From Eledone cirrhosa (Eukaryota): 54,739 bases of DNA. The notes under the pieces are model-generated. The model saw only the letters and a program-made list of their open reading frames with translations. It ran no database searches and was not told where the DNA came from. The translations under genes were made by a program, and so were the position numbers. Each line of letters begins with the position of its first letter. The stretch's first letter is position 1. The stretch lies in NCBI GenBank assembly GCA_964016885.1, contig CAXHJY010001686.1:1-54739 (forward strand), read 5' to 3'. Shown one piece after another: positions 1 to 12,860 of this stretch.

Positions 1-275
1 ACATCACTAGTGTGTGTGTGTATGTATGTCTCTCTACACATCTCTAGTGTGTGTGTGTGTCTCTCTTTCTACACATCTCTAGTGTGTGTATGTGTGTATG
101 TCTGTACCTGTCTCTATTGTGTGTGTATGTATGTCTCTCTACACATCTCTAGTGTGTGTATGTGTATATGTCTGTACCTGTCTCTAGTGTGTGTGTATAT
201 ATACACATTTATTGTGTGTATGTACCCATGCTTATTATGTATATATGTATGTGTCTATGTACACAGTCTCTTATG
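1..275. repeat. Degenerate (TG)n/(TGTA)n low-complexity repeat
   Basis: Repeated gtgtgtgtat blocks with recurring ctctacacatctctagt units. Confidence 0.85.
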
Positions 276-653
276 TATGCTTATACGAGTTTGGGGGTGT
301 AATGGTGGGGGTGGGGCAACTGAAGAGGTGTTGGACAGAGAAGGAGAAGAAGTAGGAGAAGAAGGAGAAGGAGAAGAAGAAGGAGAAGAAGAAGAAGAAG
401 AAGATGGGAGGAGGAGGGAGGCTAAGCCAGACATTGAAATATAAAGAAAACAGAAAGATTTACAAAAGAATGACAAAAATAATCACAAGAATGTGGAGGG
501 CGTGGTGTGGGTGGGAGAGAGGGAGAGAACGAGAGGGAGGGAGAGAGAGGAGAGAGAGAGGGGAGCGAGAGAGAAGCCCCCTTCCATTTCAATCAATAGC
601 AACATGAAAGAATAGGAACAGGTGATAGATGGTTAGGAAAATGTGTGTATATA

Positions 654-697
<44 letters not shown>

Positions 698-814
698 CTT
701 TTGATCTTATATTATGTATATATATATATATGTAGATATGTGTATATATATATACACACACACACACATATATATATACACACACTTATAGAAAAGCTTA
801 ACATTATCATTAAA

Positions 815-990
815 GGGCGGTGGATTGGCAGTATCGGTAGAGGGTCGGACGCCATGCTCTGACGCATAGAGTTACGGCCCTTGCCATTCTGAGTTCAAAT
901 TCCGCCGCGGTTAACTTTGCCTTACGGGTCGATAAAATAAAGTACCAGTAATACACTGGGTGATTACCAAAAGTAGAAACAATTATCATT
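815..990 (+). mobile_element. tRNA-derived SINE, family A (octopus OR/OK-like)
   Basis: A-box-like TGGCAGTATCGG (826-837), B box GAGTTCAAATT (891-901), core GGGTCGATAAAATAAAGTACCAGT and an ATT-type tail; several homologous copies in the window. Confidence 0.85.
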
Positions 991-1599
991 AAATAAAGAA
1001 TGCATTAGTTATTGGATGTCTTCAATAAGTGATAAGTTATGGTCAGCAGAGGAGGTAAATAGCTGGAACGAGATGTTGTGACATTCATCTGGCATTATTT
1101 CAGACATATTTCATGCTTGAGTGGACATAGTGGTGGAGAGGATGGTGGTGGTGGTAGTGGAGATAGTGGTGGTGGTAGAGGTGGTAGAGGTGGGGATGAA
1201 GGGGATGGTGGTGGTGGTGGTAGAGGTGGGGATGAAGGGGATGGTGGTGGGGATAAAAATGAGAATTCGTGACATTCATGTCATTGCCTAAATCTATTAA
1301 CGAGACATATTAACACAAACCTATTAAACCAATTAACTGTGGCAACTAATTTTGGTTTTTTTTTTTTGTTTTGTTTCTTTACTTTGAAAGTTTTTCTTTC
1401 TATTTTGGGGGGTGGGTATTGGGTTATGAAATGACCCATGACCCTTGAAACCCTAATTAATGAAGCACTGCTAATTAAAACTATCATTTTTCATGGGAAG
1501 CATTTACTGTTACTTAGACAATATGTGAGGTTATGGTGTTGGGAATACTGACCATAAGGAGGTTGGTTCAGATCTTTAAAGCCACGACATATATAAATA

Positions 1600-1933
1600 A
1601 CATATATATATATTGATGAGTTAAACAAAATTCAATGAGTATATCAAAGAATGAGTTTTACAGTAGATTGGAAGCACTCTACGGTAAAATAATTTTCCGG
1701 AGTTATTAATATTAGAATATAAATATTAATAAAATAGATGTTCTTTTGATCAATTACATTTTATTATACATTTTATTATACATATTTCAGAGGTTAAATG
1801 GTTCTAACCATTTAACATCTCAGGGTATGTCATGTATCATTATATTTTGTCTGATGAGGACGTACTGTTGTACCTCTGAAATATGTATAATAAATTGTAA
1901 TTGATCAAAAGAACATCTATTTTATTAATATTT

Positions 1934-1937
<4 letters not shown>
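1600..1937. mobile_element. Penelope pLTR-like repeat (hammerhead family 1) with inverted duplication
   Basis: Arms 1717-1794 and 1872-1937 are inverted repeats; 1600-1794 is the reverse complement of ~24406-24580; flanked by (TA)n. Confidence 0.65.
1846..1894 (+). ncRNA. Minimal type I hammerhead ribozyme motif
   Basis: Stem I TTTGT/ATAAA; core CTGATGA 1851-1857; stem II GGACGTAC-tgtt-GTACCTCT; GAAA 1878-1881; short near-palindromic stem III TATGTA; predicted AUA cleavage after 1889. Confidence 0.7.
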
Positions 1938-1976
<39 letters not shown>

Positions 1977-2167
1977 TTGTTTCAGTTACCTGAATACCTG
2001 TCTTCCTCATAACGCAGGTTCTATTCCTAATTTATGGCTGCAATATAATAAGAAGGGTACCCCCCACCACCACCACCACACACACACCAAAACACAACAA
2101 CAATAACAACAACAACTGCTATAAAGTAAAAATTAAAATGGATGTAAAGCAGTAAAAATATGTGAAG

Positions 2168-2340
2168 ATAATAATTGTTTCTACTTTTGGCAATTACCCC
2201 AGTACATTACTGGTACTTTATTTTATCGACCCCGTAAGGATGAAAGGCAAAGTTGACCTCAGCGGGATTTGAACTCAGACCATAAAGTGCCATAACTCTA
2301 TGCTGCAAAGCATGGCGTCCGAACCTCTACCGATACTAAT
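2168..2340 (-). mobile_element. tRNA-derived SINE family A
   Basis: Reverse complement of 815-990 (actggtactttattttatcgaccccgtaaggatgaaaggcaaag...gatttgaactcaga). Confidence 0.85.
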
Positions 2341-2942
2341 ACGAAGATTCTATCTATGACAGTTATTGAAACATCAATAACTGTTAACAGTATTTCCTTG
2401 GAAAAAAACCCCAAAGAATTCAAGAAAACAACTAAAAAACAAATGAGAGGAAACAGGTATGATCAGATTTGATAAAGTACCTGTCTTTGTTTTTTTATTT
2501 TTGTAAAGCTGCTTGAAACCAATGAAGAAAGCATTAGTTCCTTGAAACAAATTATATTTTGTATGTAGCTAGTTTAATTTTCTTTATGTGTTGCATAACA
2601 GATATACACAGCTTTAGACAGCTTTAGCATGGCTTGATAGCAAGCATAAATATATTGATTGGAACACATAGATGAAGTTAATGATCCAAACAGTGAAATA
2701 AATACTATTCTAGAAGTCCAGAGAAGCGATGAGATCCAATCTGTGCAAAATATATTGACCATGAAATATCATTTAGTAAAGCACAGATGTTGCTGCGTTT
2801 AGGTTTTATAACAAGCATATCACATGATATTATATATGACACTCTTTAGGTGATACTCTGACACCAGGAGCAGCATATAAAATTTAAGGGTTGGTTGTAG
2901 AGATATCTGTTGTGTCTCCTTTATCACTTTATTATTATTATT

Positions 2943-2979
<37 letters not shown>

Positions 2980-3289
2980 GGTTGATATAACTGTTCAATA
3001 GTTGGAGGTAAGAATCGGTAATGTGCTGTGTTACTAATGCCAACAACAGTTCTGGCAGAATGTTCCATGAGAGAAAGACAGATCCAAGTTCTCATGTTAA
3101 TACTCTGCCATAAATGACAAGATAAGAACTTTAGCCAAACAAATTACAGAAACATAAGAGTAGATAGAATACAACAACAACAACAACAACTGCAACAACA
3201 ACAACAACAACAACAACAACGAGAGGATGACAGTAAAAGACAATAACGTTAATAATGACAGTGGTGAAATATATGATGAAAGGATATAT

Positions 3290-4432
3290 AAGAGTGGTGG
3301 TATCTATGGTGATAATAATTAGGGTGGTGATATCTATGGTGATAATAATTAGGGTGGTGGTATCTATGGTGATAATAATTAGGGTGGTGGTATCTACGGT
3401 GATAATAATTAGGATGGTGGTATCTATGGTGATAATAATTAGGGTGGTGGTATCTACGGTGATAATAATTAGGATGGTGGTATCTATGGTGATAATAATT
3501 AGGGTGGTGGTATCTACGGTGATAATAATTAGTGTGGTGGTATCTATGGAGATAATAATTAGTGTGGTGGTATCTATGGTGATAATAATTAGAGTGGTGA
3601 TATCTATGGTCATAATAATTAGGGTGGTGGTATCTATGGTGATAATAATTAGGGTGGTGGTATCTACGGTGATAATAATTAGTGTGGTGGTATCTATGGT
3701 GATAATAATTAGGATGGTGGTATCTATGGTGATAATAATTAGTGTGGTGGTATCTATGGTGATAATAATTAGGATGGTGGTATCTATGGTGATAATAATT
3801 AGGGTGGTGGTATCTACGGTGATAATAATTAGTGTGGTGGTATCTATGGTGATAATAATTAGGATGGTGGTATCTATGGAGATAATAATTAGTGTGGTGA
3901 TATCTATGGTGATAATAATTAGGGTGGTGGTATCTACGGTGATAATAATTAGGATGGTAGTATCTATGGTGATAATAATTAGGGTGGTGATATCTATGGT
4001 CATAATAATTAGTGTGGTGGTATCTATGGTGATAATAATTAGGGTGGTGATATCTATGGTCATAATAATTAGTGTGGTGGTATCTATGGTGATAATAATT
4101 AGTGTGGTGGTATCTATGGTGATAATAATTAGTGTGGTGATATCTACGGTGATAATAATTAGGGTGGTGGTATCTACGGTGATAATAATTAGGGTGGTGG
4201 TATCTATGGTGATAATAATTAGGGTGGTGGTATCTATGGTGATAATAATTAGGGTGGTGATATCTATGGTCATAATAATTAGTGTGGTGGTATCTATGGT
4301 GATAATAATTAGTGTGGTGGTATCTATGGTGATAATAATTAGTGTGGTGGTATCTATGGTGATAATAATTAGTGTGGTGGTATCTATGGTGATATCTATG
4401 GTGATAATAATTACTGTGGTGGTATCTATGGA
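3290..4432. repeat. 30-bp minisatellite (~38 units)
   Basis: Unit AGGGTGGTGGTATCTATGGTGATAATAATT stays in register, two units per 60-nt line. Confidence 0.97.
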
Positions 4433-4584
4433 GATATATAATTACAATAAGTTGCCATGGCGCCAACTGTATTCTTTCCTATCAATGGATAAGACAAAAC
4501 AAACAAAACACTGGACTAAAATTAACAAAAAAGCATAGATTACATAAATTACTCACAAAGCATACCTCCCCTTCCCTGCCCCCC

Positions 4585-4960
4585 CTCACACACAGACACA
4601 CACACATACACAGAGACACACGTACACATACATACAGATACACACAGACACACATACACACACACAGAGACATATAGAAACAGACATAGATACACACACA
4701 TGCACACATACACAGAGACATACACACACAGACACATACACGTACACATACATACAGATACACACACAGATATACACAGACATACATACACACACACACA
4801 TACACAGAGACATACACACACAGGCACATATACACGTTCACATACATACAGATACACACACAGAGACATAGAAACAGACATACACACACACACACACAGA
4901 CATAGAAACAGACATACACACACACACACACACACACACAGACATAGAAACACACACACA
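4585..4960. repeat. Degenerate (CA)n microsatellite
   Basis: cacacagagacatacacacaca pattern. Confidence 0.9.
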
Positions 4961-5515
4961 AGTTTTTAAAATATCTCTGGAATATTATAACTACTAATGT
5001 CAGACTAGATGGATGATAAAACAGCATGGAGACTTTGAGGGTGGGGGTGGGAGGGGTGGTAGGTGGAGGTAGAGGATGGGATGGTGGGGGTAGATAGAGG
5101 GTGGGGCAGAAGGGTGGGGTTGAGTGCAGAGATGGTGGGCAGGGTGGTGTATGGTGGGGTGGAGCGGAGTGAAGAGAGAGAGAGAGGCGGTGGTAAGGGG
5201 TGGTGTATGGTGGTTTCGGAGGAAGATAGTGGAGAGTAGAGGGTGAGAGGGGTGGTTTATGATGATGATGAGGAGGAGAGACTAGCAGTAATCAGTCAAC
5301 CATAACACAAACAAAAAATATGGAACAAGAAATATACAAAACAAAACCCCAACCAAAACCTCAAAATGGCGTAAAATTGAAACTAAAGTCATTTTTGTTA
5401 TACTTTCATAATTTTCTATTTAATTATTTTATAACATAGAAAGATGTAAACACACACATATATATATGTATGTGTGTATATCTACCGCTGTGTATGTATA
5501 TATATATATATATAC

Positions 5516-5650
5516 CAAAGGAAATGTGGTAAGGAACCAGATGGACGCACCAAAGTACTCAATACTTAGGGTAGTAGAGTGGGTAATTCTGGACTGAATT
5601 AGCCGTCGAAACAGCTTGAGCTCTGCCATCGGGGTCATACTTGTTCCTAT
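5516..5650 (+). repeat. Dispersed repeat family C (unclassified, TA-embedded)
   Basis: Homologous to 24587-24724 in the same orientation and to 6093-6192 inverted. Strand is an arbitrary reference orientation. Confidence 0.8.
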
Positions 5651-6092
5651 ATATATATATATATATATATATGGTGGCTGCCAACTCGTTTTCGAGTACG
5701 GCCACTACTTTATATCCATGTAGGAGAACCCCTACCGATGCGCTGAATGAGTGTGACTTTTTAGTCCAGCCAGCGACTTGAAAACTCTGGTACAAACACT
5801 ACACTTGTGACAATTATTGACACATAGTGCTGGGCCCATGGTACCATGTGACGACAAGTGCAGAGAGATCTCCAGATATAAAGCAATGCCTGTGTCGTGA
5901 AGCTTTTATAGTGAGCAAAGGCACTGCACAAAGCCAGTCCCACTCTCTTAACCAAGATGATATTTACCAAAAAGAAGAACAAGTCAACATTATTGGATAC
6001 CATCGGGGTTGCAGGTGTTATATCAGAGTTAGATATATACAGGGATAGATATACACACATACATATCTATACACAAACATACATATATATAT

Positions 6093-6190
6093 ATAGGAAA
6101 AAGTATGACCCCGACGGCAGAGCTCAAGCCATTTCGACGTCTATTTCTGGTGTATTATGGTCCATCTGGTTCCTTACCACAATTCCTTTG

Positions 6191-6192
<2 letters not shown>
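6093..6192 (-). repeat. Dispersed repeat family C, internally deleted inverted copy
   Basis: aggaaaaagtatgaccccgacggcagagctcaagcc...ccatctggttccttaccacaattcctttg is the reverse complement of both ends of the 24587 copy. Confidence 0.8.
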
Positions 6193-6243
<51 letters not shown>

Positions 6244-6482
6244 AGTATATACGTACATATATATATATGTATACAGACGTGCAGTAGTATGTATATATAT
6301 ATACATACATGCACACATATATATATATGCACGTATCGGTTTACCGAACATTTATTAAAATGGTTGGTTTGTATACATATATGTATGTACGTATACATAC
6401 ATACATACTTACATTTAAGTAAGTGCCGGCCTAAGAGTGAGAAATGAAATTTCGTTTCATTCTATTCCATTTATATATATAC

Positions 6483-6532
<50 letters not shown>

Positions 6533-6599
6533 GATGATGATGATGATATATATTATGGAATACTGTTGGCTTCTTGCTACAATAATTTCTATACTTTTC

Positions 6600-6630
<31 letters not shown>

Positions 6631-6633
6631 TAT

Positions 6634-6679
<46 letters not shown>

Positions 6680-6984
6680 CTATCAGTAAATGTTTCCCTT
6701 TAAAAGTTAGTGACCAGACAAGAGGTAGGGGGGGGGGGGGTCAACCTGTTAGAGGAGCTGAAGTGGAACAGGAGAAAAAAAAAGGGGGAGGGTGTATATG
6801 TAATGACATCACCATTACTACCCCTCCCTCACCACACTACCATTACTATCCCCACCACATCACCTTACTAGCCCCACCAACAATATTACTACCCACCACC
6901 ATCATCATCACCACAGACATCAGCAGAACCATATTATTCTTTTGCCATCTTTTGTCCCCTAAACAAGCAACAATTGTATTGGCG

Positions 6985-7224
6985 GTAGTGGTGGTGGTAG
7001 TGGTTGTTGTGGTGATACTAGTAGTGGTTGTGGTGGGAGTAGTAGTAGTAGTAGTGGTAGTAGTAGTAGTGGGGCTGATAGTAGTAGTGGTTGTGGTACT
7101 AGTAATAGTAGTAGTGGTAGTAGTAGTGGTGGTAGTGGTAGTAGTAGTGATGGTGATAGTAGTAGTAGTGGTAGTAGTAGTAATAGTGGTGGTAGTGGTA
7201 GTAGTAGTGATGGTGATAGTAGTG

Positions 7225-7272
<48 letters not shown>
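6985..7272. repeat. (GTA/GTG)n trinucleotide repeat
   Basis: Direct reading. Confidence 0.95.
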
Positions 7273-7464
7273 CCAACATTAGTCAACACAACACAACTCA
7301 GTTCAATTGGGGTTTAACAATGTAAAACCCCTTTGGATGTGTTGGGTAGGGAGGGACAATACCACAAGGGAAATAAAGGCATTTATTCATCAAGATAAAT
7401 ATCCCTAGGGCTTATTATATTATCATGATAGTATTAATAAGGGAAATATATCTCTCTGACTGGC

Positions 7465-7632
7465 CCTTATTTTATTTACAGTCATTTCTCAAATAAGGGA
7501 TATTATATTATCATCATAGTAGTAATAAGGGCCATATATATATATATATATATATATGCAAGGACCCTTATTTACACAGCCATTTCTCAAATAAGGGATA
7601 TTATATTATCATCATAGTAGTAATAAGGGCCA
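7465..7632. repeat. Local duplication of a ~65-bp unit
   Basis: catttctcaaataagggatattatattatcatcatagtagtaataagggcca occurs twice, separated by (TA)n. Confidence 0.85.
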
Positions 7633-7761
7633 CATATATATATATGTGTGTATATATATCATCATCATCACCATAATGGAAGCTGCTCTAGAGATAGTAA
7701 GATATAGTAAAACTATAGTGGAATGGGAAGTGATTATTGCTTCAAAGAGAGTTTAAATAAA

Positions 7762-8370
7762 TATATACACACACATATATACACACTTGTATATGATGGT
7801 TATGATAATTATATATACACACATATATACACACTTGTATATGATGGTTATGATAAATATATATACACACATATATACACACTTGTATATGATGGTTATG
7901 ATAAATATATATACACACATATATACACACACTTGTATATGATGGTTTTGATAAATATATATACACACATATATACACACACTTGTATATGATGGTTTTG
8001 ATAAATATATATACACACATATATACACACACTTGTATATGATGATTTTGATAAATATATATACACACATATATACACACTTGTATATGATGGTTTTGAT
8101 AAATATATATACACACATATATACACACACTTGTATATGATGGTTATGATAAATATATATACACACATATATACACACTTGTATATGATGGTTTTGATAA
8201 ATATATATACACACATATATACACACTTGTATATGATGGTTTTGAGAAATATATATATATATATACACACATAAACGCACACACACACATGTATATGATG
8301 GTTATGATAAATATATATATACACATATATACACTCACATGTATATGATGGTGATGATGATAAATATATA
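7762..8370. repeat. ~40-bp minisatellite
   Basis: Unit ACACTTGTATATGATGGTT(A/T)TGATAAATATATATACACACATATATAC with variable dinucleotide lengths. Confidence 0.95.
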
Positions 8371-8567
8371 CCTACAGAAGCACATTTATATATACACACA
8401 TATATACACACACACACTCATATATATACACATATACACACACATAGACTTGTGTATATAATGATGATAAATACACACACACACACACCCACACTCGTGT
8501 ATATGGTGATGATGATAAATATATACATACACACACACTCGTGTATATGATGATGATGATTATAATC

Positions 8568-8736
8568 ATCATCATCATCATCATTTTATGTCCGCTTTTC
8601 CCTGCTTGCAAGGGTGGGACAGGAACTGATTTTGGCTTGATTTCTACAGCTGGATGCCCTTCCTAACACCAACCTCATTTACAGTGAGTGCTGGGTTCTT
8701 TTTTGCCGTGGCACCTCCACGACCACTTTGCAGTGG
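8568..8736 (-). mobile_element. RTE LINE 3' UTR segment with (GAT)n tail
   Basis: Closely matches parts of 31284-31550 (acaggaactgat...ctacagctggatgcccttcctaacaccaacctcatttacagtgagtgctggg...gccgtggcacctccacgaccac). Confidence 0.85.
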
Positions 8737-8737
8737 A

Positions 8738-8906
8738 ATGATAGGGACCCCAGTCCCTATCATCTCATTTCTACAGCTGAGTAAACTGGAGCAATGTGAA
8801 ATAAAGTCTCTTGCTCAAGGAAACAACACATCACCCGGTCTGAGAATTGAACTCAGAACCTTTCGATTGCAAGGCCAATGCTCTAACCACTAAACCATGT
8901 GCCTCC
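8738..8906 (-). mobile_element. tRNA-derived SINE family B
   Basis: Minus strand reads GGAGGCACATGGTTTAGTGGTTAGAGC (A box), GAGTTCAATTC (B box), then CCTTGAGCAAGAGACTTTATTTCACATTGCTCCAG; homologous to 44888-45056. Confidence 0.85.
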
Positions 8907-9371
8907 TATATATATATATATATACAATGTACCTCCATATATATATATACTCGTGTATATGGTGATGATGATAAATATATATACACACACACATGTATAT
9001 GATGATAAATATATACATACAGAAACACACATATATATATATATACACAGGCACATGTATACACACTCACACATCTACACATGTTTATATACTCACACAG
9101 GCACATGTATATATAGACTCACACATACACACATGTATATCCACTCGCACACACATATATACACACACATGCATACCCACATATACACACACATGTATAT
9201 ACACACTGCTGCTAACTATATATACACAATGTGTCAAGAGAAGGAGGAGGAGGAAGGGGGGTGGTGAGAGGTGAGGCACAACAACAACAACAACGTCTAT
9301 TTACATAGATTAAATACATTGACTAATAACTATTGTAGATAGGTTGGCGGTGGTGGCTGGTGTATTGTTGT

Positions 9372-9527
9372 TGTAGTAGTTGTAGTGGTAGTAGTAGTAG
9401 TAGTGGTAGTAGTAGTGGTAGTAGTGGTAGTAGTAGTGGTAGTAGTAGTAGTGGTAGTAGTAGTGGTAGTAGTGGTAGTAGTAGTGGTAGTAGTAGTGGT
9501 AGTAGTGGTAGTAGTAGTGGTAGTAGT
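9372..9527. repeat. (GTA/GTG)n repeat
   Basis: Direct reading. Confidence 0.95.
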
Positions 9528-9574
9528 AAAGGAAATAGTTGAAGTTCCAATACTACAGACATTGTCAATAACTA

Positions 9575-10165
9575 ACACCACATGTAACACTACACCACAT
9601 GTAACACTAACACTACATGTAACACTACACCACATGTAACACTACACCACATGTAACACTACACCACATGTAACACTACACCACATGTAACACTACACCA
9701 CATGTAACACTACACCACATGTAACACTAACACTACATGTAACACTACACCACATGTAACACTACACCACATGTAACACTAACACCACATGTAACACTAC
9801 ACCACATGTAACACTACACCACATGTAACACTAACACTACATGTAACACTACACCACATGTAACACTACACCACATGTAACACTACACCACATGTAACAC
9901 TACACCACATGTAACACTACACCACATGTAACACTAACACTACATGTAACACTAACACTACATGTAACACTACACCACATGTAACACTAACACTACATGT
10001 GACACTAACACTACATGTAACACTAACACTACATGTAACACTACACTACATGTAACACTACACTATATGTAACACTACACTATATGTAACACTAACACTA
10101 CATTAACACTGCATGTAACTACACTACACTACATGTAACACTACACTACACTACATGTAATACTA
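9575..10165. repeat. 17-18-bp minisatellite
   Basis: Unit ACACCACATGTAACACT with variant AACACTACATGTAACACT. Confidence 0.97.
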
Positions 10166-10724
10166 TGATTATATTAAGGACCTCAGAAATAAGAGAACAA
10201 ATAAGGGGGAAGAAAAGAAAAGAAAGGAAAAAGGGGGCAAGTTAGGATAAACAACAGCAACAACAAAAAGAGGGGAGAACACAAGAACATCAATGGGGGG
10301 GGGGGGGGCACCACCCCCACTCACCCCAGCCCCTCTACAACAAATCACCTTGATATGGAACACAGAAGAAGAAGAAGGGACTGTGGTGAAAACCCTAAGA
10401 AACAAGATGAAGAAAATAGGAGGGAAGGAGAAAAAAGGATCTGAATTTTCTAAAGGATTCGAAAGAAGAAAGGGGCAGACATGAAGCAGTTAATGTTGGG
10501 GAGGTGTGGGGTGGAGTGACAGCGAGGGGGTGCTGGTGCATGATAGGGGGTGGGGTGAACAGAGGGGTTGGTGGAGCATGACAGGAAGAGGAAGGGTGCA
10601 GTATGATGCCGGCAGTGGTGGGAGGTAAGGGGGTTTAGGGGAGAACTAGTATGGTAGAAATGCAACAACTTCTGCAGAGGAATTTTTGCTGCAACAAGCT
10701 GATCCCAGCTCACATTACTGGAGA

Positions 10725-11676
10725 TGGTGGTGGTGTGGTGGTGTATTGTGGCAGTGGTGGTGGTGTGTTGTGGTGGTGGTGGTGTTGGTGTGGTGGTGGT
10801 GTTGGTGTGGTGGTGGTGGTGGTGTGTTGTGGCAGTGGTGGTGGTGTGTTGTGGTGGTGGTGGTGTTGGTGTGGTGGTGTTGGTGTTGGTGGTGGTGTGT
10901 TGTGGCAGTGGTGGTGGTGTTGGTGTGGTGGTGGGGATGTGTTGTGGCAGTGGTGGTGGTGGTGATGTGTTGTGGCAGTGGTGGTGGTGTGTTGTGGCAG
11001 TGGTGGTGGTGGTGGTGTTGGTGTGGTGGTGATGTGTTGTGGCAGTGGTGGTGGTGTGTTGCAGTTTGCTTGTTGGCTAAAAGTATGGTGAAGCTGGTAA
11101 TGGTGGTGTAACATAACGTAGTAGCGTGGCTGTGGTGTGGTGTGGTGCAGTAGTGTGGTTGTGGTGTAGCGTAGTAGCATGGTTGTGGTGTAATGTGGTG
11201 TAGCATGGCTGTGGTGTAGTAGCGTGGTTGTGGTGTAGTGTGGTGTAGCGTGGCTGTGGTGTAGTAGCGTGGCTGTGGTGTAGTGTGGTGTAGAGTGGCT
11301 GTGGTGTAGTAGTGTGGTTGTGGTGTAGTGTGGCTATGGTGTAGTAGCGTGGTTGTGGTGTAGTGTGGTTGTGGTGTAGTGTGGCTGTGGTGTAGTGTGG
11401 TGTAGCGTGGCTGGGGTGTAGTAGCGTGGCTGTGGTGTAGTAGCGTGGCTGTGGTGTAGCGTGGCTGTGGTGTAGTAGCGTGGTTGTGGTGTAGTGTGGT
11501 GTAGCGTGGCTGTGGTGTAGTAGCGTGGCTGTGGTGTAGTAGCGTGGCTGTGGTGTAGTGTGGTGTAGCGTGGCTGTGGTGTAGTAGCGTGGTTGTGGTG
11601 TAGTGTGGTGTAGCGTGGCTGTGGTGTAGTAGCGTGGTTGTGGTGTAGTGTGGTTGTGGTGTAGTGTGGTGTAGCA
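10725..11676. repeat. GT-rich compound minisatellite
   Basis: gtgttgtggcagtggtggtg units followed by gtagtagcgtggctgtggt units. Confidence 0.92.
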
Positions 11677-11954
11677 TGTTAGTTAGGGAGTTTATGTGAG
11701 ATAAACAATAGGGATTTAGAGTTGAAGATAGGGAGACAGGGAGTGAGAGGAGAATATTATAGGGAAGAGAGAGAGGGGGAGGAGAGAGTGTTACAATAAA
11801 GGAAGGAGAAAGACATTTCTACATAATGGTAGGAAGAAGGAAGAGGGTGAATGTAAGAGAGGGGAGGAGTAGCACAGATAAAGGAATGGATCAGGGTTAA
11901 GTTGGGGGGTAGTGGGAGGAGGGGGAGTTAGAAGGCAACAGAAATTGGATCAGC

Positions 11955-12860
11955 AGTAGTAGTAGTAGTTATATTGGTAGTAGTGGTAGTAGTAGCTGTA
12001 TAGTTATGGTGGTAGTAGTAGTAGTAGTAGTAGTTATATTAGTAGTGGTGGTAGTAGTAGCTGTATAGTTATGGTGATAGTAGTAGTAGTGGTGGTGGTG
12101 GTAATAGTAGTGGTAGTTATGGTAATGGTGGTAGTAGTAGTAGCTATATTGGTAGTGGTGGTAGTAGTAATAGTAGCTGTATTGGTAGTGGTGGTAGTAG
12201 TGGTGGTGTAGTAATAGTAGCTGTATTGGTAGTGGTGGTAGTAGTGGTGGTGGTGTAGTAATAGTTATAAGCTGAGATGTGGAGAAAGAAACATGGAAAG
12301 GAATTAAGAATTGATGGCAGTAAGGGTGGACAGGGGAGGGGGGGGGGGGGCAGATTAGGGAAGACATTTGAGAAGAAAGAGAAGTAAAAAGGGTTTTGGG
12401 GGATATTCTAACATGGAGGAAACAACTAATTCTATAGACCACCACCACCACCACCATTACCACCACCACCATTACCACCACCACCATTACCACCACCACC
12501 ACCATTACCACTAACTCCACAAGCAACATTACCACCACTAACACCACCACCACCACCACCACTTCCTTCATGTAGCCTTCACTTCATTGTATTCCACTAT
12601 CACTAATACCACCACCATCACAACCACTACCACCACCATCACAACCACCACCACTACCACCAATACCACCACCATCACAACCACCACTACCACTACTACC
12701 ACCAATACCACCACCATCACAACCACCACATCTATTTCCAATACATACATCTTAAAGGAACAACTCAACAAGCAGTTACCACCACCACCACCACCACCAC
12801 CATCACAACTAACAACACAACTGCCACCACCACCACCACCATTGCCATCTCAACCACCAT
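11955..12860. repeat. Trinucleotide low-complexity blocks, (GTA/GTG)n then (CCA)n
   Basis: Direct reading. Confidence 0.85.

Noticed and set aside
3131-4538. Three ~400-codon ORFs on both strands
   Set aside because: Translations of a 30-bp minisatellite; no domain and no unique coding context.
5035-5260. G-rich tract with G-quadruplex potential
   Set aside because: Irregular low-complexity G runs are common throughout the window; nothing specific.
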